Source of the DNA: a virus
Lineage: Duplodnaviria; Heunggongvirae; Uroviricota; Caudoviricetes
Strand: one strand, 5' to 3'
Length of the DNA: 64,000 bases
Virus record (IMG/VR): IMGVR_UViG_3300037421_000106
Below the pieces are notes generated by a model. It was not told the DNA's origin. It saw only the letters and a list, made by a program, of their open reading frames with translations, and made no database searches. The position numbers were made by a program, and so were the translations under genes. Positions 1 to 9,384 of this stretch are shown one piece after another. Positions within the stretch are counted from its first letter, which is position 1. Each line of letters opens with the position of its first letter.

Positions 1-82
1 GATGACAGGGGCATTTTTCAAGGGATCCTCGGTGCGACCGAACCGCCGCCTCGCAAGCGTTGTCGGGAGGGTCTCTTGAAAA

Positions 83-1960
83 ATGAAAAACGTTCATCAT
101 TGCCGATCGTGTGATCGAGGCTACTACACCGAGGCGCAGTATTGCCCCTGGTGCGGTGCCGACAACGCTACCTCCGTGACGGAAGAGCGTGTAGCACGCA
201 CCGTCGACACCGAGTGCTACCCTGATTACTGGCTCTGCAAAGTCGATCCGCCGCTGCCCGGCCACTCGGGCGAGTACCAGATGTTCCCCGGTCACCCGCT
301 CGATGCGTACGGCCTGCATCGATGCCTGTCGCTGTCCACTGCAATCACGTTCAACGGCAACCACTATGACTTACCGATGATCACGTTGGCGATCGCTGGT
401 GCCGACAATGCCACGCTGAAACGGGCGAACGATGAGATCATCCAGGGTAACCTTCAACCGTGGCAATTCTACGATCGCTGGCGGCTGCAGCCGCCGACGT
501 GGATCGACCACGTCGATATGATCGAGATCGCGCCAGGCCAGGACTCACTCAAGATCTACGGCGGCAAGATGCACAGCCGCAAGATGCAAGACTTGCCGAT
601 CGACCCGAGTCAGTCGATCAGCTGGTACGACCGCCTCGTGCTGCGGGAGTACTGCGGCAATGACTTGCAGGTTACGCGCGACCTGTACAACACGTTCCCG
701 GCCCAGATCGAATTGCGTGAGCACATGAGCTCCGAATACGGGATCGATCTGCGAAGCAAGTCCGATGCGCAGATGGCCGAAGCAATCATGAAGAAGTTGA
801 CCGGCGTGAAGTACCGCGTCGAGGTCGCGCCGGGAACTCAGTTTTACTATCGCCCACCGTCGTGGATGAAATTCCAGAACCTGAATGTCCTGGATCTTAT
901 AGCACGCTCACCATTCACGGTGCTGTCGACCGGTAGCGTCGACATGACGGACGAGCTCAAGAAGACGCATATTCGCATTGGCAAGTCGACCTATCACATG
1001 GGGATCGGCGGCCTCCACTCAACCGAAACAGGAGCGGTCCATGTCGCCGATGATCAGTATTCTCTGCAAGATGTGGACGTGGCATCGTACTATCCATCTC
1101 TCATTATTCAAACGGGGATTTATCCTCCAGCTATCGGTGACCAGTTTCGTCCTATCTACAAAGGTTGGTTCGACCGACGAATCGCCTGCAAGCGAGCCGG
1201 AAACAAAAAAGACGCCGACTCTTTGAAGACACTGCTCAATGGTACGTTCGGGAAGCTCGGATCAAAGTGGTCGATCTTCTACGCCCCGAGTGAATTCATC
1301 CAAGTGACAGTCGGCGGCCAGCTGTCGCTTCTGATGCTGATCGAGATGCTGGAGGTTTGCGGGATCAGCGTGGTCAGCGCGAACACCGACGGCATCGTGA
1401 TCAAGTGCCGGCGCGACATGGAATGGCTGCGCGACCAGATCGTGAAGTGGTGGGAAGAGATCACGGGTTTCGAGACCGAGGCTGTGTCGTACCGCGCCAT
1501 TTGTTCACGGGACGTCAACAATTACATGGCGATGCCGGCCGACTTGAAGAAACCAATCAAGCGCAAAGGCACGTATGCCCCGCCGGTCCCCGTGGCCACC
1601 TCCTGGCCGGCGCCGAGTGGTGAGGTTTGCCAGGATGCCTTATGTGCGTATTTCACGAACGGCACGCCTTTGGCGGAAACGATTCGGGCATGCAATGATA
1701 TTCGCAAGTTCGTGTACGTGCGTCGGGTGACGGGCGGCGGCATGTGGAACGGTGACTATTTGGGTAAAGCGGTGCGCTGGTTTTATGCCACGGGTGAGAC
1801 TGCCCCGATCCTGTATCGCAGCGACGGTCGCAAAGTTGCGGACAGCGATGGGTGCCGTCCGCTCATGGAGTTGTCGGATTCAATGCCGACGGACATCAAC
1901 TACGACAAGTACATCGCTGACGCACGTGCGATGCTTGCCGATCTGGGGGTTCAAGGGTGA
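83..1960 (+). CDS. Putative DNA polymerase (family A-like palm motifs) with N-terminal CxxC...CxxC zinc ribbon
   Basis: 625-aa ORF; AQIELRE (motif A-like), KTLLNGTFGKLGS (motif B-like K..FGKLG), NTDGIV; N-terminal C-x2-C...C-x2-C. No exonuclease motifs recognised. Confidence 0.45.
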   Translation: MKNVHHCRSCDRGYYTEAQYCPWCGADNATSVTEERVARTVDTECYPDYWLCKVDPPLPGHSGEYQMFPGHPLDAYGLHRCLSLSTAITFNGNHYDLPMITLAIAGADNATLKRANDEIIQGNLQPWQFYDRWRLQPPTWIDHVDMIEIAPGQDSLKIYGGKMHSRKMQDLPIDPSQSISWYDRLVLREYCGNDLQVTRDLYNTFPAQIELREHMSSEYGIDLRSKSDAQMAEAIMKKLTGVKYRVEVAPGTQFYYRPPSWMKFQNLNVLDLIARSPFTVLSTGSVDMTDELKKTHIRIGKSTYHMGIGGLHSTETGAVHVADDQYSLQDVDVASYYPSLIIQTGIYPPAIGDQFRPIYKGWFDRRIACKRAGNKKDADSLKTLLNGTFGKLGSKWSIFYAPSEFIQVTVGGQLSLLMLIEMLEVCGISVVSANTDGIVIKCRRDMEWLRDQIVKWWEEITGFETEAVSYRAICSRDVNNYMAMPADLKKPIKRKGTYAPPVPVATSWPAPSGEVCQDALCAYFTNGTPLAETIRACNDIRKFVYVRRVTGGGMWNGDYLGKAVRWFYATGETAPILYRSDGRKVADSDGCRPLMELSDSMPTDINYDKYIADARAMLADLGVQG

Positions 1961-2313
1961 CAATGAAAAAATGCATCAAGTGCGCAAGGTTTTTGCGTAA
2001 CTACGGGGATCACGAATGCGTCGCGAATGTCGGTGAGTATCATCGAGAGACACACGAAAAGTATCGGACAAATCCGCCGGCCGTGCCGGTCGAACGAGTG
2101 CGCGCACTTCACAGCGACGGGGCCTATGCCATGAAACTGAACGATTTGCAGATCCTGTACATGTCACAAGAGGCGGGGCTAAGCGATGCCCCACTGCCGG
2201 CTCTGAAACGATTCGCGGATCTGGTTCGAGCCGATATGCGTTCGGAAATTAATGCCGAATCGCTGCGAGCGATCGAGCAGCGTGCGGCCGCGGTGGGGGT
2301 GACCCTAAAGTGA
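1957..2313 (+). CDS. Hypothetical small Cys-containing protein
   Basis: 118-aa ORF, start overlaps upstream stop (translational coupling), CIKCARF...HEC. Confidence 0.35.
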   Translation: MTMKKCIKCARFLRNYGDHECVANVGEYHRETHEKYRTNPPAVPVERVRALHSDGAYAMKLNDLQILYMSQEAGLSDAPLPALKRFADLVRADMRSEINAESLRAIEQRAAAVGVTLK

Positions 2314-2933
2314 TCGATCCCCGGGCCCAGGAAGCCTCTGAGCGGGGCCTGGCCGCCATCCGGGCGTCTGACTGGCCCGCGGCCGCCCAAGCCTTCTTGG
2401 AGGCCGTGCAGCTGGCCCCGGGAAGCGTCCAGGCCTGGTACAACCTGGCGAATGCCCGCACGCGCGCTGGCGATCATGCTGGAGCCCTGCCGGCGGTGCT
2501 GCGGGCCTTAAGACTCGAGTCTCGGTTCCCGAACCTCCAATTGCTGGCAGGAAACATCCACGCCGAGCTTGGGCAGTATCCGGCGGCCGTGGAGCGCTAC
2601 GTGGCCGCGGTGGAGCAAGATCCCCGCCAAATAATCGCCAGCATCAACCTAGCGGTCGCCTTCGAGCGACTGAGCCTCCACGAGGAGGCCTGTGAATGCT
2701 ATGAGGTAGCGATTATGCTCGGGGCCGATCGCAGCACGGCACTGTCTTCCATGTATTACGCAGCACAGTCATGCGGCCGGTGGGATATCTCGGCCGACGC
2801 GCAGGCACGGTTCGATCAATACGTTCGGGAAGGTGGCGAGAATCGCGCAGCACCGTTCCAGATGCTGACGATGGAATCAACCCGAGCCATGCAGCTGGAA
2901 GCGGCGCGCAATTACGCGAAACGAATGTTATAG
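2310..2933 (+). CDS. TPR-repeat protein
   Basis: Repeated 34-aa A/L/Y-rich units (AWYNLANARTRAGDHAGAL..., AELGQYPAAVERYVAAVEQDP) typical of tetratricopeptide repeats. Confidence 0.55.
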   Translation: MIDPRAQEASERGLAAIRASDWPAAAQAFLEAVQLAPGSVQAWYNLANARTRAGDHAGALPAVLRALRLESRFPNLQLLAGNIHAELGQYPAAVERYVAAVEQDPRQIIASINLAVAFERLSLHEEACECYEVAIMLGADRSTALSSMYYAAQSCGRWDISADAQARFDQYVREGGENRAAPFQMLTMESTRAMQLEAARNYAKRML

Positions 2934-3007
2934 AACCGGAGCGGCGTCATTTGTATGATGAGAGGACGATGTCATCCCGTCGCGATGAATATGCAAATAG
3001 ATCTTTT

Positions 3008-3559
3008 TCATGGCAGAAGCTCATCCCTATCCGCGGCGACTATGGCTTGGAGGGCTCGGACTTGGTCGGCGAGGCGCTCAGCGTCTGTTGCGAGGCCGCT
3101 CGCCAGGTTGTCACACGACCCGAGTATGTTCCCGAGGGTTGCGGCGGGGTCATCAGTGTAGGATCCACTTGGGATTGGGCCGGGCAGTCGCTTACTTTCA
3201 GCGGCGCTGATATAGGCGGCAATGGTGCGCTGGAACACGCCATGATCAGCAGCGAGCTGAGCAGCGAGAGCATCAGTGCGCTGTTTTGCGACTTCGTTCT
3301 TTGCTTCGAGTGCTCGTTCATTTCGGTTACGCTCCTCTTCCTTGGCTTTCGCTTGGGTGACGAAATCGTCGTGATCCTTTTGGGACGCGACGGTCATGTT
3401 GGCAATCTTCACATCACGCGACGCGATCTCGGGCTTGGCGTATACCCATACGCATAGCGCTGCGCCGGCTGCGGCAGCCGCAACGTAGGTCGCTAGTTTG
3501 AACCAGATGCTCGTCAATAGGGCAGCGGGATTCAAAAGCTTCAGTAGCCCAAACATCAT
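3008..3559 (-). CDS. Rz-like i-spanin (inner-membrane spanin)
   Basis: N-terminal TM segment then long charged coiled-coil (EEERNRNERALEAKNEVAKQRTDALAAQLAAD); last gene of lysis cassette at end of late operon. Confidence 0.5.
   Translation of the reverse strand: MMFGLLKLLNPAALLTSIWFKLATYVAAAAAGAALCVWVYAKPEIASRDVKIANMTVASQKDHDDFVTQAKAKEEERNRNERALEAKNEVAKQRTDALAAQLAADHGVFQRTIAAYISAAESKRLPGPIPSGSYTDDPAATLGNILGSCDNLASGLATDAERLADQVRALQAIVAADRDELLP
3040..3273 (-). CDS. Embedded Rz1-like o-spanin lipoprotein (+1 frame inside Rz)
   Basis: ORF fully inside Rz gene in another frame; LLSSLLIMAC lipobox-like signal followed by Pro-rich sequence (APLPPISAP...MTPPQPSG); start at internal Met estimated. 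Confidence 0.45.
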   Translation of the reverse strand: MLSLLSSLLIMACSSAPLPPISAPLKVSDCPAQSQVDPTLMTPPQPSGTYSGRVTTWRAASQQTLSASPTKSEPSKP

Positions 3560-3783
3560 CGATCCCCTTCAATGTGCTGCTTCATCACGATAGCCGCAAG
3601 CACCGCGGCCGCGCCGAGTCCGAAAGCTTGGAAAGCATCGCCAGTGATCGGCGTCATCTGCAAGAATTTCCAGCCCATGACTCCAAGCGTTCCGTATCCC
3701 CCAAGACGGACGGGGCACGTGGCGGTCGGATCCTTCGACTCATTGAAGATGTCTGCAGCTTTCTGCTTGATCCAAGCCCACAT
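3556..3783 (-). CDS. Holin-like small membrane protein
   Basis: About 75 aa with two hydrophobic segments (LGGYGTLGVMGWKFL; FQAFGLGAAAVLAAIVM), charged C-terminus, sits between putative endolysin and Rz; start at Met adjacent to upstream stop. Confidence 0.4.
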   Translation of the reverse strand: MWAWIKQKAADIFNESKDPTATCPVRLGGYGTLGVMGWKFLQMTPITGDAFQAFGLGAAAVLAAIVMKQHIEGDR

Positions 3784-3784
3784 G

Positions 3785-4246
3785 TCACGCGTCCTTCCAT
3801 TTATATTCGACCTCAATCTTGGGCGCGCCATTGGCAGCCGTCATGAAGGCTTTGAAGGCGTCGCCACTATGTACGACGGCCATCTGTAGCGGTTTCCCAG
3901 GCGGCGCGAGCTGGCCATGGGACGTGCCGAACACCGTACACCCCTCGACGTCCGAATGAAATCCGAGCGCCACGTCACCAGCCCAATTGCCGATGTGCAA
4001 CTCACATGCGACACGGTTAGGCACGTCTTCGAGTTCGTACACGGGATAACCAAATTTCGACGTCGGGCGCAGATGCGCCAAGTACAGGCCGGGCGGCACA
4101 CACGAAAGCCCCGACGCGTTGTCGCGCCACGGAAGCTCCAACGAGAATCCTGTCCAGAGTTCAATGCCGGCAGGATGAACAAGTTCGGCGGTACCGGGCG
4201 TGCCCTGGTCCGTCGAGGGGTCACGCACGATGATCAGACGATCCAT
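3785..4246 (-). CDS. Putative endolysin (peptidase-like; family not resolved)
   Basis: 153-aa soluble protein immediately upstream of holin/Rz; H-x6-D (HIGNWAGD) and downstream His (VVHSGD) reminiscent of metallopeptidase lysins; assignment is positional. Confidence 0.3.
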   Translation of the reverse strand: MDRLIIVRDPSTDQGTPGTAELVHPAGIELWTGFSLELPWRDNASGLSCVPPGLYLAHLRPTSKFGYPVYELEDVPNRVACELHIGNWAGDVALGFHSDVEGCTVFGTSHGQLAPPGKPLQMAVVHSGDAFKAFMTAANGAPKIEVEYKWKDA

Positions 4247-4250
4247 GATG

Positions 4251-4601
4251 TCAGCCGAGACTCAGAGGAATGTGAAGCAGCTTGATTGCTGCAATGGTAA
4301 CGCTACCCGTGGCAATATGCGAAACTGCGGAAGCGATACGCGCGCGGACTTTGCTTGCACCCTCGCGCTCACGCATACCATTCAGCACCAGATCGAACTT
4401 GCCATTCATGCTGTCGAATTTACCACTCATCGACGCCAGGCCTGAACGCATTTCATCCCGCACCTCTACGACTCTCTCCGAGAGGTTGTCGTAGTTGGTT
4501 TGCAGGACTGCGATTGAGACCCGAGCATCCACGAGTTGATCTTCCACGATGACCCTTACTGTGCTTGAAGCCAGTACGGCATATTGCCAGAAGCCGCGCA
4601 A
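4251..4601 (-). CDS. Hypothetical protein (coiled-coil)
   Basis: 116-aa ORF in late operon; start uncertain (overlaps upstream gene). Confidence 0.35.
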   Translation of the reverse strand: MRGFWQYAVLASSTVRVIVEDQLVDARVSIAVLQTNYDNLSERVVEVRDEMRSGLASMSGKFDSMNGKFDLVLNGMREREGASKVRARIASAVSHIATGSVTIAAIKLLHIPLSLG

Positions 4602-4963
4602 GTCACCGTGCCGGTAACCTGCACCTCGTAATCATACGTCGGTACGGTCGCGACAGTCTCATCACAACCTTCCCAGTGCGTCCGGGTGTTGCTGAAGCAG
4701 TGACCAGGTGCGCTGTTCACGGTCATGGTGCTCAGATTCATGCTGCCGATCCGGCTCGCCGCCACGGAGGTGGAACTATTGGTGGCTTGGAAGACCTGTA
4801 CGTCCGAGAACGAGCTACCCGGCGCGGTGCAGTACACGTTGAACTGAACCGCCGGCCCTACCGTGAACGTCGGCGGGAAGGGGCAGGGGATCAGTCCACA
4901 TTGCTGCGCGAACGCCGGAACGGACAGGGCCAGGGCAATCAGGAACAGGGCAATTCGTTTCAT
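4556..4963 (-). CDS. Secreted protein with signal peptide
   Basis: MKRIALFLIALALSVPAFA-QQC signal peptide; Cys-containing mature part; resembles the N-terminus of 36470-37333. Confidence 0.45.
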   Translation of the reverse strand: MKRIALFLIALALSVPAFAQQCGLIPCPFPPTFTVGPAVQFNVYCTAPGSSFSDVQVFQATNSSTSVAASRIGSMNLSTMTVNSAPGHCFSNTRTHWEGCDETVATVPTYDYEVQVTGTVTCAASGNMPYWLQAQ

Positions 4964-4975
4964 GGAGATCTCCGA

Positions 4976-5881
4976 TTAATAGAAGATAGCGACGTTGAAT
5001 CCTGCATCGGCGGCAGACCCGCCTGCGGAATTGAATGTTTGCATGATGAAGCTTCCGGCAGCCAAACTTGCGGGATCCTCTGTGGCCGTGAAGAATCCGC
5101 TATTAGTTGTCGCGATCACGGCATAGTTCGCATTTGGCATCGCGGTCCCGAAGGTGATCGTATAGACACCTGTGCCGGTATGCGACACACTGATCGTGTT
5201 GGGCCCATTTTGGTGCTGAATCACTCCGGATGAATTGACTCGGGCGATAACCTGTGCTCCGAGGCCGTTGGCAGTCACGAAGGCCGTATTCGCAAGCTTG
5301 GTGGAACTGTCACCAGCTGCGGCCGTCGGACCGTTTTGAAAACCACCGGCATTCGACATCAAAACGAATGACGTGCCTACCGACGTGTAAATCACCGTGA
5401 CCATAGCGTTGGCGATGAGTTCGCCGCCAACGAGGGCGCCGTTGTCCTGATTCACTATCGCATGCGCGGGCGATCCGTTTATCGAAAGTGTCGATGCACC
5501 CGTGTTCGAATGATTGGGCCGGAACGAATAAACCGCACCGTCGGTCAACGAAGCTGCGGGCGTATACGTCAAACTATACGAATTGGCAATAGAGCTCTGA
5601 TCCACTTGGAATTGACACGCTTGAATCGCCGACAACAGATTGGTAAGCAATGTCGAAGTCGTGCCATCGTCGACCGAATTCTGCCCCGTGACATCGGCGA
5701 TGAATTGCGCCAGCACCGCGGCAATGATCGACGCCTGGCGCCAGGTCTTGTTCAGCTGGTTCGACTCGGCGATACCCGTCTGGTATCCAGGTCCAAGCGC
5801 CGCCATCGATGCATAGGTCGATTGGGGGACGACATTGGCACCGCTGGCGGCGGCGAACGGGAGAAAATCGTTGGAGGGCAT
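4976..5881 (-). CDS. Tail fibre protein
   Basis: N-terminus MPSNDFLPFAAASGANVVPQSTYASMAALGPGYQ...WRQASIIAAVLAQFIADVTGQ is the conserved tail-fibre N-terminal attachment motif; follows baseplate genes. Confidence 0.6.
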   Translation of the reverse strand: MPSNDFLPFAAASGANVVPQSTYASMAALGPGYQTGIAESNQLNKTWRQASIIAAVLAQFIADVTGQNSVDDGTTSTLLTNLLSAIQACQFQVDQSSIANSYSLTYTPAASLTDGAVYSFRPNHSNTGASTLSINGSPAHAIVNQDNGALVGGELIANAMVTVIYTSVGTSFVLMSNAGGFQNGPTAAAGDSSTKLANTAFVTANGLGAQVIARVNSSGVIQHQNGPNTISVSHTGTGVYTITFGTAMPNANYAVIATTNSGFFTATEDPASLAAGSFIMQTFNSAGGSAADAGFNVAIFY

Positions 5882-5915
5882 GGGGGATCCTTAGGCAGGT
5901 GAATTATAGCGGGAA

Positions 5916-6971
5916 TCACGTCACGGTGGCGGTGGCCGCCGCGGTATCGGCACCTTCTAGGATGGCGGCGCTGCCGACGGACGAATCGGTGTCGGTTCCA
6001 TGTACGGTGTCGTGCCGCTCGGTCACAGCTACCGTACCGGAAGAGATCTTCTGCGCACTGGCGGCCGCTATGTCATGCGACTCGTGCGGCGTCCCACTGA
6101 GAGTGGCGTACGTAGACCCAGTCGACGCGGATACGACAGTGTCATGCCCTTCCGTGACGGCGGCGGTCCCGGCGATCGACGTATTAAACGCATGAACCTG
6201 ATCATGAGACTCGAGAATTGCGCCGACGAGAACGCCCGGGGTGAAGCTACCTGCAGCCACTCGGTCGTGACCTTCATGAATCGCACCACTCATGAACACG
6301 GCTGGTGCGATCGTAAAGGCTTCCGACGCCCACGCGCCTTGATCGAAACCCTGAATGATTGCGTCTTCGATATCGAAACCGAACAGCGGTGTGAACGGGA
6401 CACCGCCCGAACCTTGCGCAAAATAATGATTCGTGACACCTACGCCGGCCGCTACCACGTCGAGATAGCCGTTTTTGTAAAGCGACTGCGTGACAGCATT
6501 CGGAACTGGCCCGACCAGCAAAAATGCGATCGTCATGTCTTGGTGATCGATGATGTATTCGCTGTAGCCGAGCGGATTCCAGAATTGATTCAGCACTCGC
6601 TCGCCGCCAGGTACTGTGCCGTCCCAATGGTTGGCGGCCACGGTGGCGTACAGAAGCAAGCGGTATTCGTCATCGGGTAGCGGATAGAGAACCGTATTGC
6701 CGCCGACGATTGGCGCCCACGCGCCCTGATCGAAACCCAGGCCCGCGATGTCGAATGAGAAGAACAATCCCGTGATCGGTACGTTAACAAAGCGCGTCGG
6801 GCCGATCCATTGCCCGGTGGTATCGAGCTGCGACCCAATCGCCGTGTCGAGATCGTACAACGCAGGAATTCCGTTCGTAACATTCTGCTGATCGACGAGC
6901 GGCTGCAGCAACGCCTTCATCACTGCGACGAAGTCGGGCTGACTGAATGGTGCTTGCGGCAACTGGCTCAT
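5916..6971 (-). CDS. Baseplate/fibre-associated protein with C-terminal tandem T-E-[SG]-H-D repeats
   Basis: 351 aa; C-terminal ~120 aa made of ~15-18-aa repeats (ILESHDQVHAF, TEGHDTVVSAS, HESHDIAAASAQ, TERHDTVHGT, ILEGADTAAATATVT). Confidence 0.5.
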   Translation of the reverse strand: MSQLPQAPFSQPDFVAVMKALLQPLVDQQNVTNGIPALYDLDTAIGSQLDTTGQWIGPTRFVNVPITGLFFSFDIAGLGFDQGAWAPIVGGNTVLYPLPDDEYRLLLYATVAANHWDGTVPGGERVLNQFWNPLGYSEYIIDHQDMTIAFLLVGPVPNAVTQSLYKNGYLDVVAAGVGVTNHYFAQGSGGVPFTPLFGFDIEDAIIQGFDQGAWASEAFTIAPAVFMSGAIHEGHDRVAAGSFTPGVLVGAILESHDQVHAFNTSIAGTAAVTEGHDTVVSASTGSTYATLSGTPHESHDIAAASAQKISSGTVAVTERHDTVHGTDTDSSVGSAAILEGADTAAATATVT

Positions 6972-6973
6972 GA

Positions 6974-7825
6974 TCAGAACGCAAACGGATACGCCGGAGG
7001 CGTGAAATTGGACGTGTAACGAGCTACGTTGCTGAATCGAACTTCATCTATATTCCCGTCGAATATTTCTCCGATAGCTGCGATATCTCCGCCTATGGCA
7101 ATTGGGTGTCCATTCGTGGAAATAGTCCCCGTGAGTGTCCCACTGCCGAAAGAAGTGCCTTGAAAGAATGCAATCATTATTCCGGACGAACGAACAAGCG
7201 CACAATGCAACCACTGACCGGTCGGTACCGTAGGGCCAATTGCGGCAAATTGATATGCGCCAACACTGTTGCTTGCATAAAAATGAATGAGATGGTTTAT
7301 ATCGCATTGAAGCAGAAGCCATGACGCCCCACCCACCGTTCCTGTTTGACCTAAGAACGAAGTGTTGATAGCCATAGAAGTTATCGTGTTGAAATACACG
7401 AAACATTCAATCGTGAAATCTCCAACAAAATCCCATTGAGTTGCGTCAGGCGTAGTGATACGTTGATTAGTAGTGCTAAGAAGAGATGCTGTTCCAAATT
7501 TGAAGTTTGTAGTCGATAGTGCCGCACCGTTCACACCAGTCCAAGTGTTTCCATACACGTCCGTGAAAGTGGTTGAACCATTCGTACCATCAAGATGCAA
7601 CAACGCCAATCCGTTCGGCCCGGACTGCAACTGCCCAAATACCGTATCTGGAGATTCTTGTACTGCTACTCTTCCAATCGCATTCAAGAAAGAACGAGCA
7701 CTGACGCGATCATAGCCTTCGACAATCGACGCACGACCAAGTACTGGACCCAACGGTGGCGCCAATAATCCGCTGTTGTGCTCAGGCACAATCAGCTTGA
7801 TGTACTGATCAACCAATATCATCAT
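6974..7825 (-). CDS. Concanavalin-A/LamG-like lectin-domain tail protein
   Basis: LHLDGTNGSTTFTDVYG... FDGNIDEVRFSN matches LamG/laminin-G jelly-roll hallmark (DE.R.xN); paralog of 23988-25112. Confidence 0.5.
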   Translation of the reverse strand: MMILVDQYIKLIVPEHNSGLLAPPLGPVLGRASIVEGYDRVSARSFLNAIGRVAVQESPDTVFGQLQSGPNGLALLHLDGTNGSTTFTDVYGNTWTGVNGAALSTTNFKFGTASLLSTTNQRITTPDATQWDFVGDFTIECFVYFNTITSMAINTSFLGQTGTVGGASWLLLQCDINHLIHFYASNSVGAYQFAAIGPTVPTGQWLHCALVRSSGIMIAFFQGTSFGSGTLTGTISTNGHPIAIGGDIAAIGEIFDGNIDEVRFSNVARYTSNFTPPAYPFAF

Positions 7826-9018
7826 GTCACCGTGACGATAACATTGGCAGGCACACAGAATGCCGCAGCGTTGAATGCGATTGGAATATTCGCGGTACCC
7901 GTCGGACTTGGCGCCAGGCCCACCGTGAGTGCGGTGATGTAATACGTCGCACCCACGCCGATCGAATCAAGCTGCGCGGCAGGATACAGTTGCGAATAGA
8001 ACACCTCACCGCCGATTGGGAGAGACTCGAGAAATGCTGAAACTGCCGCTTGAATCGAACCTACGGTGCTACCCGCAAATCCAGGCAATGCTTTGATCGT
8101 GATGCTCACATAGATCGGAACTTCAGTCAGCACGTCGAAGTGAATCACGATCGGCAATCCTGAACCTTGATCGATAACCGTAAACGTCTCGGCTCCATAC
8201 GTACCTGTACCCTCAGACTTCGTCTTCTGAATCGTGTTGGCGATCGTCTGCAGATCCCCGCCGGCCACGATGACGTCGATCGAGTGACTCGGCACACCGT
8301 TGACATCCGTCGAGCTTGTGTTGTTCTCGTAAACCGTCCACTGCGTTACACCAGGCAGCTGCCCGATTGCCGCAAAGATTGCGGCAAGAGGTGACGTCGC
8401 CGGCAGTGCGACAGATTTGGACTGACGCACGCGAAGAGTCGCGTCAGTTTCAACAGGTGCGCCGGGCACTGCAATATGCACCGGGTTGTTCACTGTCGAC
8501 CATCCGAGTTGCGGATTGAATATGATGTTTACGCTGTTGGTCGTTGCGCTAATGGCTCCGATCTGTTGCGCCGTAGCGGTTTCGTCGATTGCGCCCGCGA
8601 GAGGGATCGTAACGCTCGCGGGCAGATTCCACAGATTTCCATTCGTGTCTTGCACCACACCATTGGTAATGGTGGTTCCAGCGGTACCCGTGATAGTTAC
8701 GACGACGGTGCTGTTCGTGGCCACGTCTCGCGTCAGACCGTTAATCCGAACCAAGCTCGACAGATTGGCCCCTTGAGCAAATGACGGACTGAAAGATTGA
8801 TATGCCGCTACGATGGCGTTGTTTCCGTCACTGATTGCCTTGGCAAATACAGCGAGCATGTTGCCATCCTGGCTGTCCGGAGAGATCACCGCATCGGAGC
8901 CGTAGATACCCTGGAAACTGGCCTGCAGCGACGCATAAACGTCCGCATACGTCGGGATAGTGATACCGGCGCTCGTGATGGTAGGGCCGAGCGTGGCGAG
9001 CGGATAGGGTCCAGCCAT
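7822..9018 (-). CDS. Baseplate J-like protein (Mu gp47 / P2 gpJ family)
   Basis: 398 aa, N-terminal ...TLGPTITSAGITIPTYADVYASLQASFQGIYGSDAVISPDSQDGNML typical of Baseplate_J; position after W-like protein. Confidence 0.6.
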   Translation of the reverse strand: MAGPYPLATLGPTITSAGITIPTYADVYASLQASFQGIYGSDAVISPDSQDGNMLAVFAKAISDGNNAIVAAYQSFSPSFAQGANLSSLVRINGLTRDVATNSTVVVTITGTAGTTITNGVVQDTNGNLWNLPASVTIPLAGAIDETATAQQIGAISATTNSVNIIFNPQLGWSTVNNPVHIAVPGAPVETDATLRVRQSKSVALPATSPLAAIFAAIGQLPGVTQWTVYENNTSSTDVNGVPSHSIDVIVAGGDLQTIANTIQKTKSEGTGTYGAETFTVIDQGSGLPIVIHFDVLTEVPIYVSITIKALPGFAGSTVGSIQAAVSAFLESLPIGGEVFYSQLYPAAQLDSIGVGATYYITALTVGLAPSPTGTANIPIAFNAAAFCVPANVIVTVT

Positions 9019-9028
9019 GGCAGTTTCC

Positions 9029-9376
9029 TCAAAGACTGAGCGTTATCGGCGCGGTGCCGTAAATCGTATCGATGGTTGCAGTGATCGTCAGGGCGCGACC
9101 ATTCAACTGCGACGAATAGTCCAGGATCTGATTCACTCCCGGCGTATTCAGGATCGCGCTTTGAATCGCCCCATCGCGGACGCCTGCAGTGCCGAATCCA
9201 ATCACTTGCTGCAAGTACGGTACTCCGACATTCGTATCGAGGAACCACTGACCTTGCCATAGGCGCAAACGCGTCAGGACCGCCTGAGCGACGCATTGCG
9301 GCGAGTTGACCAGGAACTGCGTGTGCCCGCTGAAGATCGTGCTATCGCCAGTTGGAGTGAGCTCGCGGTATCGCAT
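9029..9376 (-). CDS. Baseplate wedge protein (gpW/gp25-like, Mu gp46 position)
   Basis: 115 aa, size and position between spike (V) and J-like genes. Confidence 0.45.
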   Translation of the reverse strand: MRYRELTPTGDSTIFSGHTQFLVNSPQCVAQAVLTRLRLWQGQWFLDTNVGVPYLQQVIGFGTAGVRDGAIQSAILNTPGVNQILDYSSQLNGRALTITATIDTIYGTAPITLSL

Positions 9377-9384
9377 TTTTGTCT

